This document shows positions 49,481 to 61,850 of a stretch of DNA of 64,000 nucleotides, piece by piece. The stretch comes from Octopus bimaculoides. Its lineage: Eukaryota. A program made the position numbers and the translations under genes. How positions within the stretch are numbered: the stretch's first letter is position 1; each line of letters begins with the position of its first letter. The stretch lies in the NCBI RefSeq assembly GCF_001194135.2, contig NC_068987.1:49403290-49467289 (forward strand). Reading direction: 5' to 3'. The notes beneath the pieces are model-generated. The model was not told the DNA's origin. It did no database searches and was given only the letters and a program-made list of their open reading frames with translations.

Positions 49481-49841
49481 CTAGCTGGATCCGTGAAAAA
49501 TTCACGGAAAATATTTTTTTAAATAAGCATTTTCAGAATGTTGACGACAAAATATGCAGTCACGCATAAAATGACAGCTTCCAAATCTTGTTTCCCGACT
49601 AGGTGAAACTGATCAAACTTTAAAGCTCTATAACTTTTTTAAAACTCCACCAATCCAGTTTGGGCAAGTGTATTTTTGTGCCAACGTCGGAGTAACCAGT
49701 GAACATCGAAGAATCAACACCAAGAAGGAAGAAATATTATTTACATATATTTATTCGTTTGTCCGACAGGTAGTTAGAGACAGTAGTACTTGTAGTGATA
49801 GCGAATTTTTTTTTCGATAGTGACAAAAAGGTTGTTGTCTG
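49481..49841 (-). mobile_element. Helitron 3' terminus
   Basis: CTAG at 49481-49484 followed by T on minus. Perfect 8-bp hairpin tccgtgaa/ttcacgga at 49490-49508. The interior runs into a gap. Confidence 0.7.
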
Positions 49842-51363
49842 NNNNNNNNNNNNNNNNNNNNNNNNNNNNNNNNNNNNNNNNNNNNNNNNNNNNNNNNNNN
49901 NNNNNNNNNNNNNNNNNNNNNNNNNNNNNNNNNNNNNNNNNNNNNNNNNNNNNNNNNNNNNNNNNNNNNNNNNNNNNNNNNNNNNNNNNNNNNNNNNNNN
50001 NNNNNNNNNNNNNNNNNNNNNNNNNNNNNNNNNNNNNNNNNNNNNNNNNNNNNNNNNNNNNNNNNNNNNNNNNNNNNNNNNNNNNNNNNNNNNNNNNNNN
50101 NNNNNNNNNNNNNNNNNNNNNNNNNNNNNNNNNNNNNNNNNNNNNNNNNNNNNNNNNNNNNNNNNNNNNNNNNNNNNNNNNNNNNNNNNNNNNNNNNNNN
50201 NNNNNNNNNNNNNNNNNNNNNNNNNNNNNNNNNNNNNNNNNNNNNNNNNNNNNNNNNNNNNNNNNNNNNNNNNNNNNNNNNNNNNNNNNNNNNNNNNNNN
50301 NNNNNNNNNNNNNNNNNNNNNNNNNNNNNNNNNNNNNNNNNNNNNNNNNNNNNNNNNNNNNNNNNNNNNNNNNNNNNNNNNNNNNNNNNNNNNNNNNNNN
50401 NNNNNNNNNNNNNNNNNNNNTAGTGCCAAAAAAAATTGGCCAAAATCAAAGGTGGGGGGTTAAAAAATCCTTTTACATTTTCATAAAAAGATGCCTCTCT
50501 CTACTACCCCCCCCCCCATCATTCCCATGGCTGTGGTGAAAAAAAATTGAGAAAATCCCCGTCAAAACGGAGAAAACCCAACTTATGTGGACGTTCTGAT
50601 CCGAAACTCCACCGGCGTATCACTGAGTGCTTTACTTCCTTTTCGCTAAAATCGTTCCATATTCAGCTGGTATTCCTAAAATAACTGTAAGAGTCGCATT
50701 TCACTTTCGTTAATTCCCCAAGACTCGGATAATTTTCAGCATAACGCTTAAAACTGTGTACAGTGGTTTTCTCTTCGAAATCTGATGCATGCTTAGGACT
50801 AGAGTGTTTATAAAATATATCATTTGAGGATTAGAAAAATTTTCCCTTCCTATTTTATTTTCCGGAAGAATTGTAATCTACGATACTTTAAAACATTATT
50901 CACACTCACACAAAAGTGCTCGTGCTCGAAATAATGGTCAGGGAGAAAAATATCATTTATATACCACCTCTTTTCTCTCTCTCTCCCTCTCTCCACGCAT
51001 ACATATACACACATAAACGATATACCCACGTGTGTGTGTGCGTGTAAGTGAGAAAGAGAAAGTGAGTAAAGGAATGCGTGGGAGTGAATTTTACAAATTG
51101 TTGAAGTACGTGTTTTTTTTTACATAGGTAGGGAGAGATGAGATTTCTTCGCAGACATAAATGCATCATACATGCAAGGACGCACACACATACACAGACA
51201 AAACATATTAGGTTTGGTAGAACTGGAGAAATACAATTCAATACACGAGTATAGATATTATTTTTATTAGTTTTAGTTACTTTTAATTTTGAACTTTCTG
51301 CCGATTAAAAATTTTAAAAAGCATGTATGATTGTGTGTGTGTGTGTGTGTTTACATATGCACG

Positions 51364-51640
51364 GAGGAAAGCGCGTGGCTTAATAGTTAGTGTTGCACCT
51401 ACGATCGCAAGATCGTAATTTCGATTCCTGAACCGGACGATGCGTTGTTCTTGAGCAAAACACTTCATTTCAGGTTGCTCTAGTCCATCCAACAGTAAAC
51501 TGTAAGCCTGCGACAGACTGGCGTTTCGGTTAGAGGGAATGTTAGTCTGCTTGCCGTCATTCGAAAGCTACAGCAATGCGAGGAAGTGCATTGTGACCAG
51601 CAGTGTATAACAACATCCGAGCATATGGCCCGCATGTGGG
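51364..51640 (+). mobile_element. tRNA/CORE-like SINE with a third type of tail
   Basis: Head 'gcgcgtggcttaatagttag...atttcgattcc', body 'ttcttgagcaaaacacttcatttcaggttgctc'. The tail differs from families D and E. Confidence 0.65.
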
Positions 51641-53981
51641 TTGGAAACTCAGAAAATTTAGAAAACTTTAGTGTTTTAATGTACTATACTAGTTCAGGAC
51701 TAGTAAGTAGCTCACCAGGTATTCGGCACACGGTCAAAAAGTCGGGGCTCCATTTCCTAAACTGGGGAGCGCTTTATGTCCTTGAGCAAAGCATTTTATT
51801 TTACGTTGCTCCAGTTTACTCAGCTGTAAATGTAACCCTGTCTCCCTTCAGCTGCTACATACTGGATGCTTTACAGGATGAGGGGCCCGAGAAGGTGTCT
51901 GTATCTGCTCACAACTACATAGGCCCAATAGCAATTATCACGTTACCAAACCGTCACTCGCTGGCGGTACTGCGTGTGCCCATCTATGTTTTAAAAGAAT
52001 TTCAATAGTTATAAATACGTTTGAGACTGTCCCAATGACCTGAGATATATGCTATGGCTCTTTACGTTCTGAGTCAAGATGAAGATTGATTTTCATCCTT
52101 CGACTACACCCTCCTCTAAAAATCTGCTAGCCTTATGCCTAAATTAGAAATTCAGTATATTGTGGATCGAAAATGGTTAAAAATTGTTTTTCTTCAACGG
52201 TTCGAAATGAGTTAAGTAAATTGAGCCCTGCAAGTTAATTGTATGGAAGCCTGTCGGAGTAACTTGCTAAAGCAGTCTCTTGATTTCGCATCAACATTTA
52301 GCTCTTGGATGTCTTTAGCAAAATAGAGTGTTAGGGTCAGGTTTCTCTTCTGAAACAACCTTTCACCAAGTTGTCGTGGAGGCACAGAAAATAGTCAGAA
52401 GCGTTATACATTTCATCCTTTGCATATATCCTAAAAAGAATTAAATAAATAAACAACGGTACGCTAAAAGTTACTATTATAGTAGTTGCTGTTAAAATCT
52501 GTGATTTCTCCCTACACTTTCCAGTATTTATTTAAATTGGATATGACACAAACTACATGTCAATCAGATGGTGTAGTTGTCCTTACTTCGTCGACATGAG
52601 GGGGTAGGGTAATAATAACCCGCTTTTCATCCATCGGAGTACTAAGTACGAGATCGATATTTATGAAGTATACAAGATAAATTGTGCAAGAAGACGGAGA
52701 CTCGACCAGCCGTCTGCACAATTTCCAGTAATACTAACACACACACACACACACAGAGTAAAGAGCAGAGAGGGGCCAAGCGGGTCAGTTGTGAGGACTT
52801 GGGATTTTGAGAAATGAGATTTACAGCCCTCGTTAAAGAATTATCTTTTAAAAAATTGTTCTTGCACTTTTAACCTGTTCTGTTACTCTTAAGTACACCA
52901 TACACACTCCACGTATACATACCCTTCACTAATACATAACTCGCGCATATTCAACATTGATTATTAATAAAGCACAAATGAACAAATACAAATGGGGGCC
53001 TACATTTACATCTGGCTAGGGCCTACTACAAGCTTAGCACGGTCACCCTTCCCATGCATGCATGCATGTATGTATGTGCGTGATGAATATTGCAGTGAGA
53101 CAAGTCCACAATCCGGTTTTAATTCCAAACAAGTTTGGTAAATAAATCTTTATATAACCGCTTGTGTGTGCGCGCGCACACACACACACACATGCACATA
53201 AATACATAGGTATATATATGCAACATACGTACATATGTTAGTATATATACATATATGTGTGTGTGTATTGTTGCATATGTGCGTGCAAGTTTATCACATT
53301 ATTCATTTATGTTTGAATGAAGTTAGGTGTATGAATGTATGTAAGAATGACTAAATGGAAACAGAAAGTTAGAAAAAATGGATTTTAAAAGAATTAAAAT
53401 ATGGAAGGTAGACCAAAAGATAATTTTAGTAATAATAATAATATTTTTTAAAGAAAAAGTATTATGAACTCACAGATTGGATGGAGAGCGGTGTACTGAA
53501 ATCAATTCCGCCTTGGAGTCGGAACCCCCAGGATATACCTCCATCTGCCCTTTTTAGGGAGATATTAAGGGTTCCAGCTTGTGCGTAGACTGTGTTATCC
53601 ATTCCGGTTTAAAAGGACAGCCAACAATAAACTCAATAACAATAAAAGAGATCGCGAAAATAGTTTGAATTTCTCTGTATATATATATATATGTATGAGA
53701 GCTTAAAACTAAAAAATTATATTTGTTTTTCCCCCAAACAGAAGGAAAGGAAGGAAAAAGAGATTCGAAATTAAAATTATAGTGAAGCTCTTAGAAAAAA
53801 TAACTTAATGACGACGAAAGCTTGATGTGTCCGTGAAGGAGGCGATCTGCTATGCTTTTCCTTTGAAAACCAGCAGCCAAGAAGCAAAAGCAAGCAACTT
53901 TTGTTTAATTTATTTGTTTGTTTGTTGTGTTGTAATATCGCTTTCTTTTGTTTTGATTTCTTCTTTCTTTCTTTCTCTTAG

Positions 53982-54065
53982 GAATGGTTGGTTGGCTGGT
54001 GATCGGCGAGCTTGTTTTTACAGAAAAGTTTCTAAATCTGCCTAACTATAACAGAAGGTGTATAT

Positions 54066-54097
<32 letters not shown>

Positions 54098-54422
54098 TAC
54101 TGGGCTTATAAACCAAGTTCGGTGGAAAACAAATACACGCATATACCACCCTCAACTAGTTGTTGCGTGCGTTCATACTAGTTGGTGGGTGACGTCATTA
54201 AAAGAAAAAGGAAAACTGAAAGAGAAAGAAAGAAGAAAGGAATGTATGTGCGTGTTTATGTCTGTCTGTATTATTTATGTAATTATGTGTACATGCCTGT
54301 GTGTTTTCTAGCCCTCCTTTGTACAGGTTGCTGATTAAAGGACTTTATAAACCAGATGCATTTCGTTGTTATAGTTTTGTAATAGAGGCCGACTTTGGGA
54401 AGAGAGTTAACTTGACGTGAGG
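53982..54422 (+). other. Two candidate spliced exons (53982-54057 and 54327-54422) of a rightward transcript
   Basis: Acceptors 'tttctttctcttAG' and 'ccctcctttgtacAG'. Donors AAG|GTGTAT and GAGG|GTAAGA. Splicing gives a 55-codon ORF from ATG 53984 to TGA 54418. Confidence 0.35.
54190..54197. promoter_or_regulatory. Perfect CRE palindrome TGACGTCA
   Basis: Exact CREB/ATF consensus in CpG-retaining unique sequence. Function untested. Confidence 0.35.
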
Positions 54423-54859
54423 GTAAGACAGTGGCTGGGATTGAGAATTAATTAAAATTAGAAACTGTCTAATCCCTTTATTATTATATTTTGTTGTGTT
54501 TGTTGTTTATTGTTACAGTTTAACACGTCGAAAGAGGTCAGTAATAAGAGAAAGCAAATATTGTTTTTTGTTTTCTATTTTTACACGAATAAACTACATA
54601 CACGACAGGAAAATTCTCACACCATACGATTGATTTTGTTGGAAATTTAAACACTCATACAATCACACACACGTATACACCAGAGATAAATATCAGTTTG
54701 TCATATGGAATAAACACATACATACACGCACGCACGCACACACACAGACACACACACACATACATATGATTCCGAGCTTGTTAGGCAGAGGTTGATAAAC
54801 CGTGGCGGGAGGGTGATAGTGAGGATGAGCTCTCATTGCTTAAAAATATTCCTCGTGAG

Positions 54860-57279
54860 ATGCGTTTCAGATAACCCCTGGCAACCAAGTCCAACTCATG
54901 CCTTCTCGTGCGGCTTAACATTCAAGCCCGGCGGACTGTCCCTACTGACATGAGAAGAGGCATAGGCAGGTTCTGGTGCCTTCAAAGTAGTACTCCGGAT
55001 AGATGAAACTTCTCAATCTAGGAGGGCAATCCATCTAAGAGAAGGCATACTGACATTAAACCTCCACCTCCTGTGGCTGCACCTGCTTAAAGGAAAGGCT
55101 ATGAGAGTAAACTTTGGGGGATAAATCCAGTGCCGGTGTCCCTAAGACAGCTCAATGCGATATCCAACTTCATTCTAGCAACTACTGCATCCCCCACTAG
55201 TACCAAGTCCTATTGGCTCCAGCCCATCCCTCACTAGTACCAAGTCCTATTGGCTCCAGCCCATCCCTTGGACACCACCGGTGGCAGCAGAGAGGGGAAA
55301 CATGCTGCATGGCCAACTGCTGATCTCCCATAAAACCCTGCCGAGGCCTGCGCCCTGGAATGAACACTCCAGTGTCATTTCACCATGATGGCAAAATATG
55401 AAAAGCAGCAGTCCACCAGTTATAAGCCTGCATATGATTGGCATGGGAGCAAAGTGTCAGGGGCTCCTTTCAACAGAGGGAGAGGCCATTGTGCTTCACT
55501 GGACAGCTACTGCCTGCCTCAAGCTAGGCAACCCCCCAACCAGTTTAGGTACTGTCCCATCACAGCCTGCTTACTCCACTGGGTGCATGAGGCTTGGGGA
55601 CATTAATATACTGAATCAGGGACTATAAACACTGTACCAAAAAAAAAAAAGCATTAAACAAACTAAATGTAAGAAACAAGCATTTAGACTTGGATATTGA
55701 AACATATGGACCATGACAACTGGTCTGTCAGAAGATGTTCAAAAGATCAACGACACATGCAAGACAATAGTGATCAACAATGAACTGCTATGACTTTGAG
55801 TGGACATTGCAGCACTCCAGGAAACATGACTCCCAGATTTGGAGACCCTTCATGAAAGAGAATATACCTTTTTTCTGGCAGGGTAAAGGTATAGATGAAG
55901 CCAGAGAGCATGGTGTCAGCTTTGCCATGAGGAATTCGCTGCTGAAGTTTGTGGAACTCAGCAGCTACGGTCCAGAGACGGTCTCACTCTAATTGCACAC
56001 TTCAGATGGGCCTGCTAACCTTGTCAGTGCTTATGCCCCAATCCTCTATTCCACACAAAACAACAAGGATAAGTTTTATGGTCAACTCTCAAAGAAAATT
56101 CAGGGGAACCCGAGGGAGAACAGCTGGTGTTACTTGGCAATTTCAATGCCAGAGTGGGGACCAATCACAACTCCTGGACAGCATGTCTGGGATGGTACAG
56201 GTTTGGCAACATGAATGAAATGGTTGCTTCAGCTCTGTATGTCTCATGGGTCATGTGTCACCTACATCTACTTCTGGGTCAAAGCTCAACACAGGGTTTC
56301 CTAGCATCATTCTCACTTAGGACACTGGCACCAGCTAGATCTGATCCTCACAAGGTGCAACCACCTGAGGAACAAGCTCCTAACTCAATCCTTTCAGAGT
56401 GCTAACTGTGACACAGACCACTCCCTAGTTTGCTACAATTTCAAACTCCAATAAAAAATGATGCCCTGCACCAAGCCTCCAGGTAAGCAGTGTATCAATG
56501 TTACTGCAACCCAGTAGTCAACCAAGGCAGATGCATTCCTCAAGTCACTGGAGGACACCCACCCTACAGGCCCACTAGAAGGTAATGTTCAGAAGACGTG
56601 AGATTATCTCAGGGACACCGTTGAGGCACTATACTGAGGGAATGGGCAGGGGGAAGAATGACACAAGACTGGTTTGAGGCAAATGCAAAGGAGCTCAATG
56701 TGCCCATGGAGGAGAACTGCATTGCCCTGTTGAAATACAAACACCAACCCACCAAGGCAATGCTGCAAGCATTGAGAACAGTAAAGAACAACATGCAGAA
56801 GACAGCAAAAGGCTGTACAAATAACTACTGGTTACAACTATGCAAAAGCATCCAGCTGTTGCTTGACATGGGTAACATTCACAAAATACAATAAGGCATC
56901 AAGAAAGCCCAACCCAAAGAAAGAAAGCTCCACTCAAATGTATAACAGGGGAGATCATCAAGAGCAGTTGGAGAGATGGGTGGAACGTTACTCCAAACTC
57001 TACACCAAGAAAAACAACATCTTGGACAGTACACTAGACACTGTGGAACATCTACCCATCATGGAGGAGCTGGACACATTGTTAACTGCTAAAGGACTGA
57101 GTAGAGCCATTGATGGCTTGGCTATTGAGGAGACATCCCACCAGAGGTCATTCTCACTGTTAAGCATCATTGGGAAGGTCTTTGCATGTGTGGCCCTGAA
57201 CAGACTACAGAAAATCACTGAGAGGGTATATCTCAGTGTGGTTTCAGGTCTAAATGCTCCACCATCAACATGATCTCTC
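54860..57279 (+). mobile_element. Decayed RTE LINE: 5' UTR, APE endonuclease and start of RT
   Basis: Remnants VDIAALQET, YTFFWQGK..EAREHGVSFAM, LLGNFNARVG, SLLSIIGKVFA, CGFRSKCSTINMI. 37-bp tandem duplication at 55195-55268. Confidence 0.85.
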
Positions 57280-57478
57280 TCAGAAGAAGAGCCATCAAGC
57301 TGAATGACACCTTTCATATCTGCATGAAACAAGTAGACCATCCTGAGAAGTCTTGGAAGATAGCCAATCTTGGCAAGGAATTTGAACAGGTTGTCACTAC
57401 TAACTAAGTTGAAAGCCTTCATTGAGGTCAGTGAAGGTGATGGTGAGGGGTTGCCTTTGCTCTCAGCATTTCTTCTCA
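57280..57478 (-). mobile_element. Inverted continuation of the same RTE reverse transcriptase
   Basis: Minus strand reads EKC*EQRQP...KAFNLVS...LFKFLAKIG...FHADMKGVIQLDGSSSE, the segment that normally follows the plus-strand MI..L. Confidence 0.75.
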
Positions 57479-57480
57479 AA

Positions 57481-57862
57481 CCGTTCTGTGTTCAAATTCT
57501 GCCGAGGTTGATTTTGCCTTTCATCCGTTTGAGGTTGATAAATTAAGTACTAGTTGAACACTGGAGTCAATGTAATTGACTAGACCTCTCTCCACAAATT
57601 TCAGGCTTTGTGCCTTTAGTAGAAAGGATTGTTATTATTATATATATGTGTAAGGTGGTGAGCTAGCAGAACCATTAGCATGTTAGGCAAAATGCTTAGT
57701 GATATTTCGTGTCTTTATATTCTGAGTTCAAATTCCACTAAGATCAACTTTGCCTATCATCCTTTCAGGGTCAATAAAATAAGTACCAGTCAGGTATTGG
57801 GATCATATATTCAACTTAGCCCTCCCCACAAAAACTAGTATCCTTGTGCTAAAATTCGAAAC
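57481..57862 (+). mobile_element. Two tandem SINE family B copies
   Basis: Family B bodies at 57481-57635 (5'-truncated) and 57652-57862, separated by an (ATT)/(TA) tract. Confidence 0.8.
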
Positions 57863-58761
57863 CATTATTATATATATGTGTGTGTGTGCATGTGTGTCTT
57901 TTTATTTAATAATATTCTTTCTAGAAGAAAGCAGTCAGTTTCTAATGAAGAAACATCATTGGAATTTGGATAACCGTAGTGATAATTGTTATAGTTTGAA
58001 CTTCAAGAAAATCTTGCATATTTTTATTGTTTCACTTACAAATTGTAACTATAAAGTTTATGGTAGCCAGACTCTTTCTTTGCTTGAAAATACCTTCTTC
58101 AAATTATGACTTATACATCTACTAACTTAATTGGGTGTGCCACTGGTTGAATGTAAATTTATAATCAGGGTAGAGGATTTGCAGATTTCAATGCAGTTGT
58201 CCATAGGTAATCTCTGTCTCACTGATTTTGGAAGAGTTCACATCTGCAGGATAACTTAATCTTTATTACATTACTTTTCTGTCCCAAGTAACTATGTCAG
58301 GCTGGTTAGGTTTTGCATAAGGTAGAAGTTTCGACGAGAATGTTCAACCAATATTCCTCATAATGATATATGCAGAGGTGTTGTTTATATTTATCTCTGG
58401 CAATCTTTTCTGTGGGAAGTGTATATTGTCTTATATATGTCAGTATTCATATATATGTACAAGTATATACAATGAGCTTCTTTCAGTTTCCATTTACTAA
58501 ATCCACTCAAAAGGCTTTGGTTGGCCCAGGATTATAGTAGACAACATTTGCCCAAGATGCATGCCAGAACCCAAGATGACATGGTTGGGAACCAAGCTTC
58601 TTGACGACACAACCGTGCCTATACCGATGTATATCTGTGTGTGTGTGTATGTATATATATAATGTTGACTGAAGCTGGTGCATTATGTAAAGGTTATCTT
58701 ACAAAACTACAAAAAATATGCATAGTAAATGCATTCAAAATATCATATATACATATGTATA

Positions 58762-60415
58762 TGATGATGGCGATGGATTCTCTCGCTGTAAACAACAAAT
58801 GAGGGTTCAGTAAAATAACGTGGTAATCATGTTCTATGGACATGAATGTGTCTCTTGGACTAAAGGGAACAAGTCAAGGGCTCATTTTGCTCAAGTGCTT
58901 GTGAATCATTTACTATGTGTTTTCTCGAGTGGACAGCAAGACCTGCTTTGCTTCATGCCACAAAGTCATAATGACAGGTAAGGTTTCCATTTAGAGGAGC
59001 AGCATTTTGCCAGCATGCCTTCATGCTTGCATGAAGATGGTTCCGATGTTGGAGTCAACTTTGCTCAAAACTTTGAACTGAGGAGAAGTAGGACTGGTAC
59101 CAGGTCCAGCGTTCTGCTGCTTTGTTATCCTAGGAAGAAAAGGAGAAGTTGCATCACTTCAGATTGTCTTTTAATTTGTCTTTGAAGCACAAGAGTGGTC
59201 TTCCAACTGACCTTCCTGTTGGGAATTGGCCAAAGAGAAGTTGCTTTGGTATTCTGATATCACTAATACATGAGAGATGATCTGACTATCTAAGCTGTAT
59301 TTTGATGAGAATGGCTTCAATGCCTGATATGTTGCATTTTGTTTGCACCTCACTGTTATGAATATGGTCACTCACATATGAAAAGCATCAAACTGATTGA
59401 TGTGCTTTTGGTACAGGGTCCAAGATTCAGCACCATAAAGCAATGATGTCAAAACCACTGACTTATATATATTGACTTTCACCTTCAGTGATATGTCATG
59501 GCTGTTCCAAAACCTGTGATAAAGCTTACTAAAAGTGGAGCTAGCCTTCCCAGTTCTGGACTCAATTTCTTTATCCATCTTAGCATCACTGGACATAATG
59601 GAACCAAGGTAAGTGAAGGACGAAACAGTTTTTAATGCTTTACCATCAACATATACAGTAGGGGCAACAGTGGGAGGATGGTCACGAATGGGCTGATGAA
59701 CAAGCTGTTTTCTTGATACTGACCATCAGACCAAAAGCCTTCGGTGCATGTGAGAAGTTGTTTAGAATCCTTTGCATGTCCTCAAGAGTGTGTGCTACAA
59801 GCACACAATCATCTGCAAAGAGCAAATCTCAAACTGTTTGCACCAGAGTTTTAGTTTTTGCTTTGAAGCACTATCGGTTGAACAATCCACCACTGGTTCT
59901 GCATGCAAATTTTACTCTTTCTTTAACACTCTTGAATGTTGTTTCCATAGCGGAGAAATACAAAACAAAAAAGGGCAATGCAAGAACACAGCCTTGTTTT
60001 GTCCCATTTGACACTCTGAATGAATCAGACACTTTCCTGCTAGATCTAACAGAAGCCGTCATGCCCTGATGGAAAGAAATGATGACATTGAGCATCTTTT
60101 CAGGAACACTTAGCTTTCTAAAGACAACCCAAAGAGCATCCCTAGATACAGTGTCGAAAACTTTAGTTAGATCTACAAAGGAGACAAAAAAGTCTCTCAT
60201 ATGCTCACAAGTCTTTTCCTACCGTTATCTTAGGCTAAAAATCATGTTCACAGTGCTTTGAAAGCCACACTGAGATTCAGACAACACTAAGCTAGCAAGG
60301 GCATCATTTAGTTTTATGGTCTTTTATATTTCAGCATCTGATGGAGCAACTGACAGGTCTTCAAGGACAGGCTTCTGTAGTAGGTTGTTGATCAGATTTT
60401 CATCAACAATTTATT
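58762..60415 (-). mobile_element. RTE LINE RT domain and 3' part (different subfamily)
   Basis: FVDLTKVFDTVSR, GTKQGCVLA, LLFADDCVL, LTSLLYGAESWTLY, ending in a (CAT)n-like tail. Confidence 0.9.
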
Positions 60416-60769
60416 TGGTAAATGAAAGATGGAAGATGGAATTTATGAGAATTTTTTATTAATCACGATAATCGTTTCAACATGTCTAGCATCGATCCCT
60501 CGCGGTTGGGATACTTAGCAACTGGTTCAAGAGCATCTGGCGGTGCAGATGTGTCTTATCAGGTGATAAACAGATACAACTCATTAAAATAACAATTCTG
60601 CAACGTATTTTCTCATTTCATAGAAGGAAAAGCAGCAAAACAAAGGAAATATCTTTATTTATATAGAAAATCAAAAATAAAATCACAGATGCAAAAAAAT
60701 GACTATGCTTTACCAGTAAGATACCAGGTATAAACCATTCATTTTATTATCTANNNNNNNNNNACGCAT

Positions 60770-61840
60770 GGGTTGGACAAAATAATGGAAACACCTTAAA
60801 ATTTCAAACAAATTTATTTTAATATGGGGTAGGTCTACCTTTGGCAGTAATTGCAGCTTGAATAGTATGGGGTATGGACTTGCACAAAGTGTGAATTGTT
60901 TGTAAAGGAATTTTTGTCCATTCTTCAGCTAAAACAGTCTCCAGTTCTTGTAGTGATGATGGTGGAGGATATCGACTCCTTACTTGTTTTTCTAAAATGC
61001 ACCATAAATGTTCAATAATATTGAGATCAAGGGACTGTGGTGGCCAGATAAGATGTTCAACTTCACTAGAATATTCCTTGTGCCATTCAGTAACAACTTT
61101 AGCTGTGTGAATTGGTGCATTATCATCTTGAAAGATTGCGTTTCCCTCCAGAGACAGTTCAGCAACCATAGGATGAATTTGATCATATAAAATGCTTAAA
61201 TAGTCTTGACTATTAATTCTGCCATGAAGGGAAACCATTGGGCTGGTGGATTTCCAAGATATAGCCCCCCCCCCCCCCCAGATCATCTCAGATCATCCTC
61301 CATGTTTAACAGTTGGAAGAAGATAGTCTGGGTCAAATGCTTCTTTAGGCTGTCTCCATACGTATATTTGACCTGTTGTCGGAAATAAGGTAAAGGATGA
61401 CTCATCTGAGAAAATAACATTCTGCCACTGCTATAGGGACCAATTCTGTAAGTTTTTACTCCACTCTAAATGCTTTGCAACGTTTGTTTTTGAAAGTAGT
61501 GGTTTTCTGATTGCAACCCTCCTGTGAAATCCGGCTCTGTGCAGCTCACAGTGAACAGTTTTTGATACACCAAACATTTCGGCTATTTTCATTACGCTAG
61601 TGCCTGCCAAACGAGCACCAACAATTTGACCTCTTTGAAAGTCCAATAGATCTGTCATTTTAATGAATTTTAATAACCTTTTTCTGATGATATCTGAAAG
61701 AAACAACAGTTTTAGCAAAACATTGAGCAACACTAATAATAAATCAAAAAACAAAAAAAAGAATAAACAAGATTTTGACGGTTTTATAGGTATTTCAAAA
61801 TTACGATGCTATGCGTTTCCATTATTTTGTCCAACCCCTT
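60770..61840 (-). mobile_element. Tc1-family transposon with DD36E spacing, internally deleted
   Basis: TIR 'ggggttggacaaaataatggaaac' at both ends, TA at 61841. Motifs MTDLLDFQRGQIVG, FSDES, and QDDNAPIH...WPPQSLDLNIIE with 36 residues between D (61124) and E (61013). Confidence 0.9.
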
Positions 61841-61850
61841 TATATATATA

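Noticed and set aside
54875-54945. Possible HDV-like ribozyme at the RTE 5' end ('gccttctcgtgcggc')
   Set aside because: The pairings I could find form a nested hairpin, not the P1/P2/P3/P1.1/P4 double pseudoknot. A covariance search on the consensus would be needed.
60440-60520. Penelope-like tail with GAAAC and a small hairpin on minus
   Set aside because: No acceptable core, G at the would-be cleavage site, and no stem I partner.
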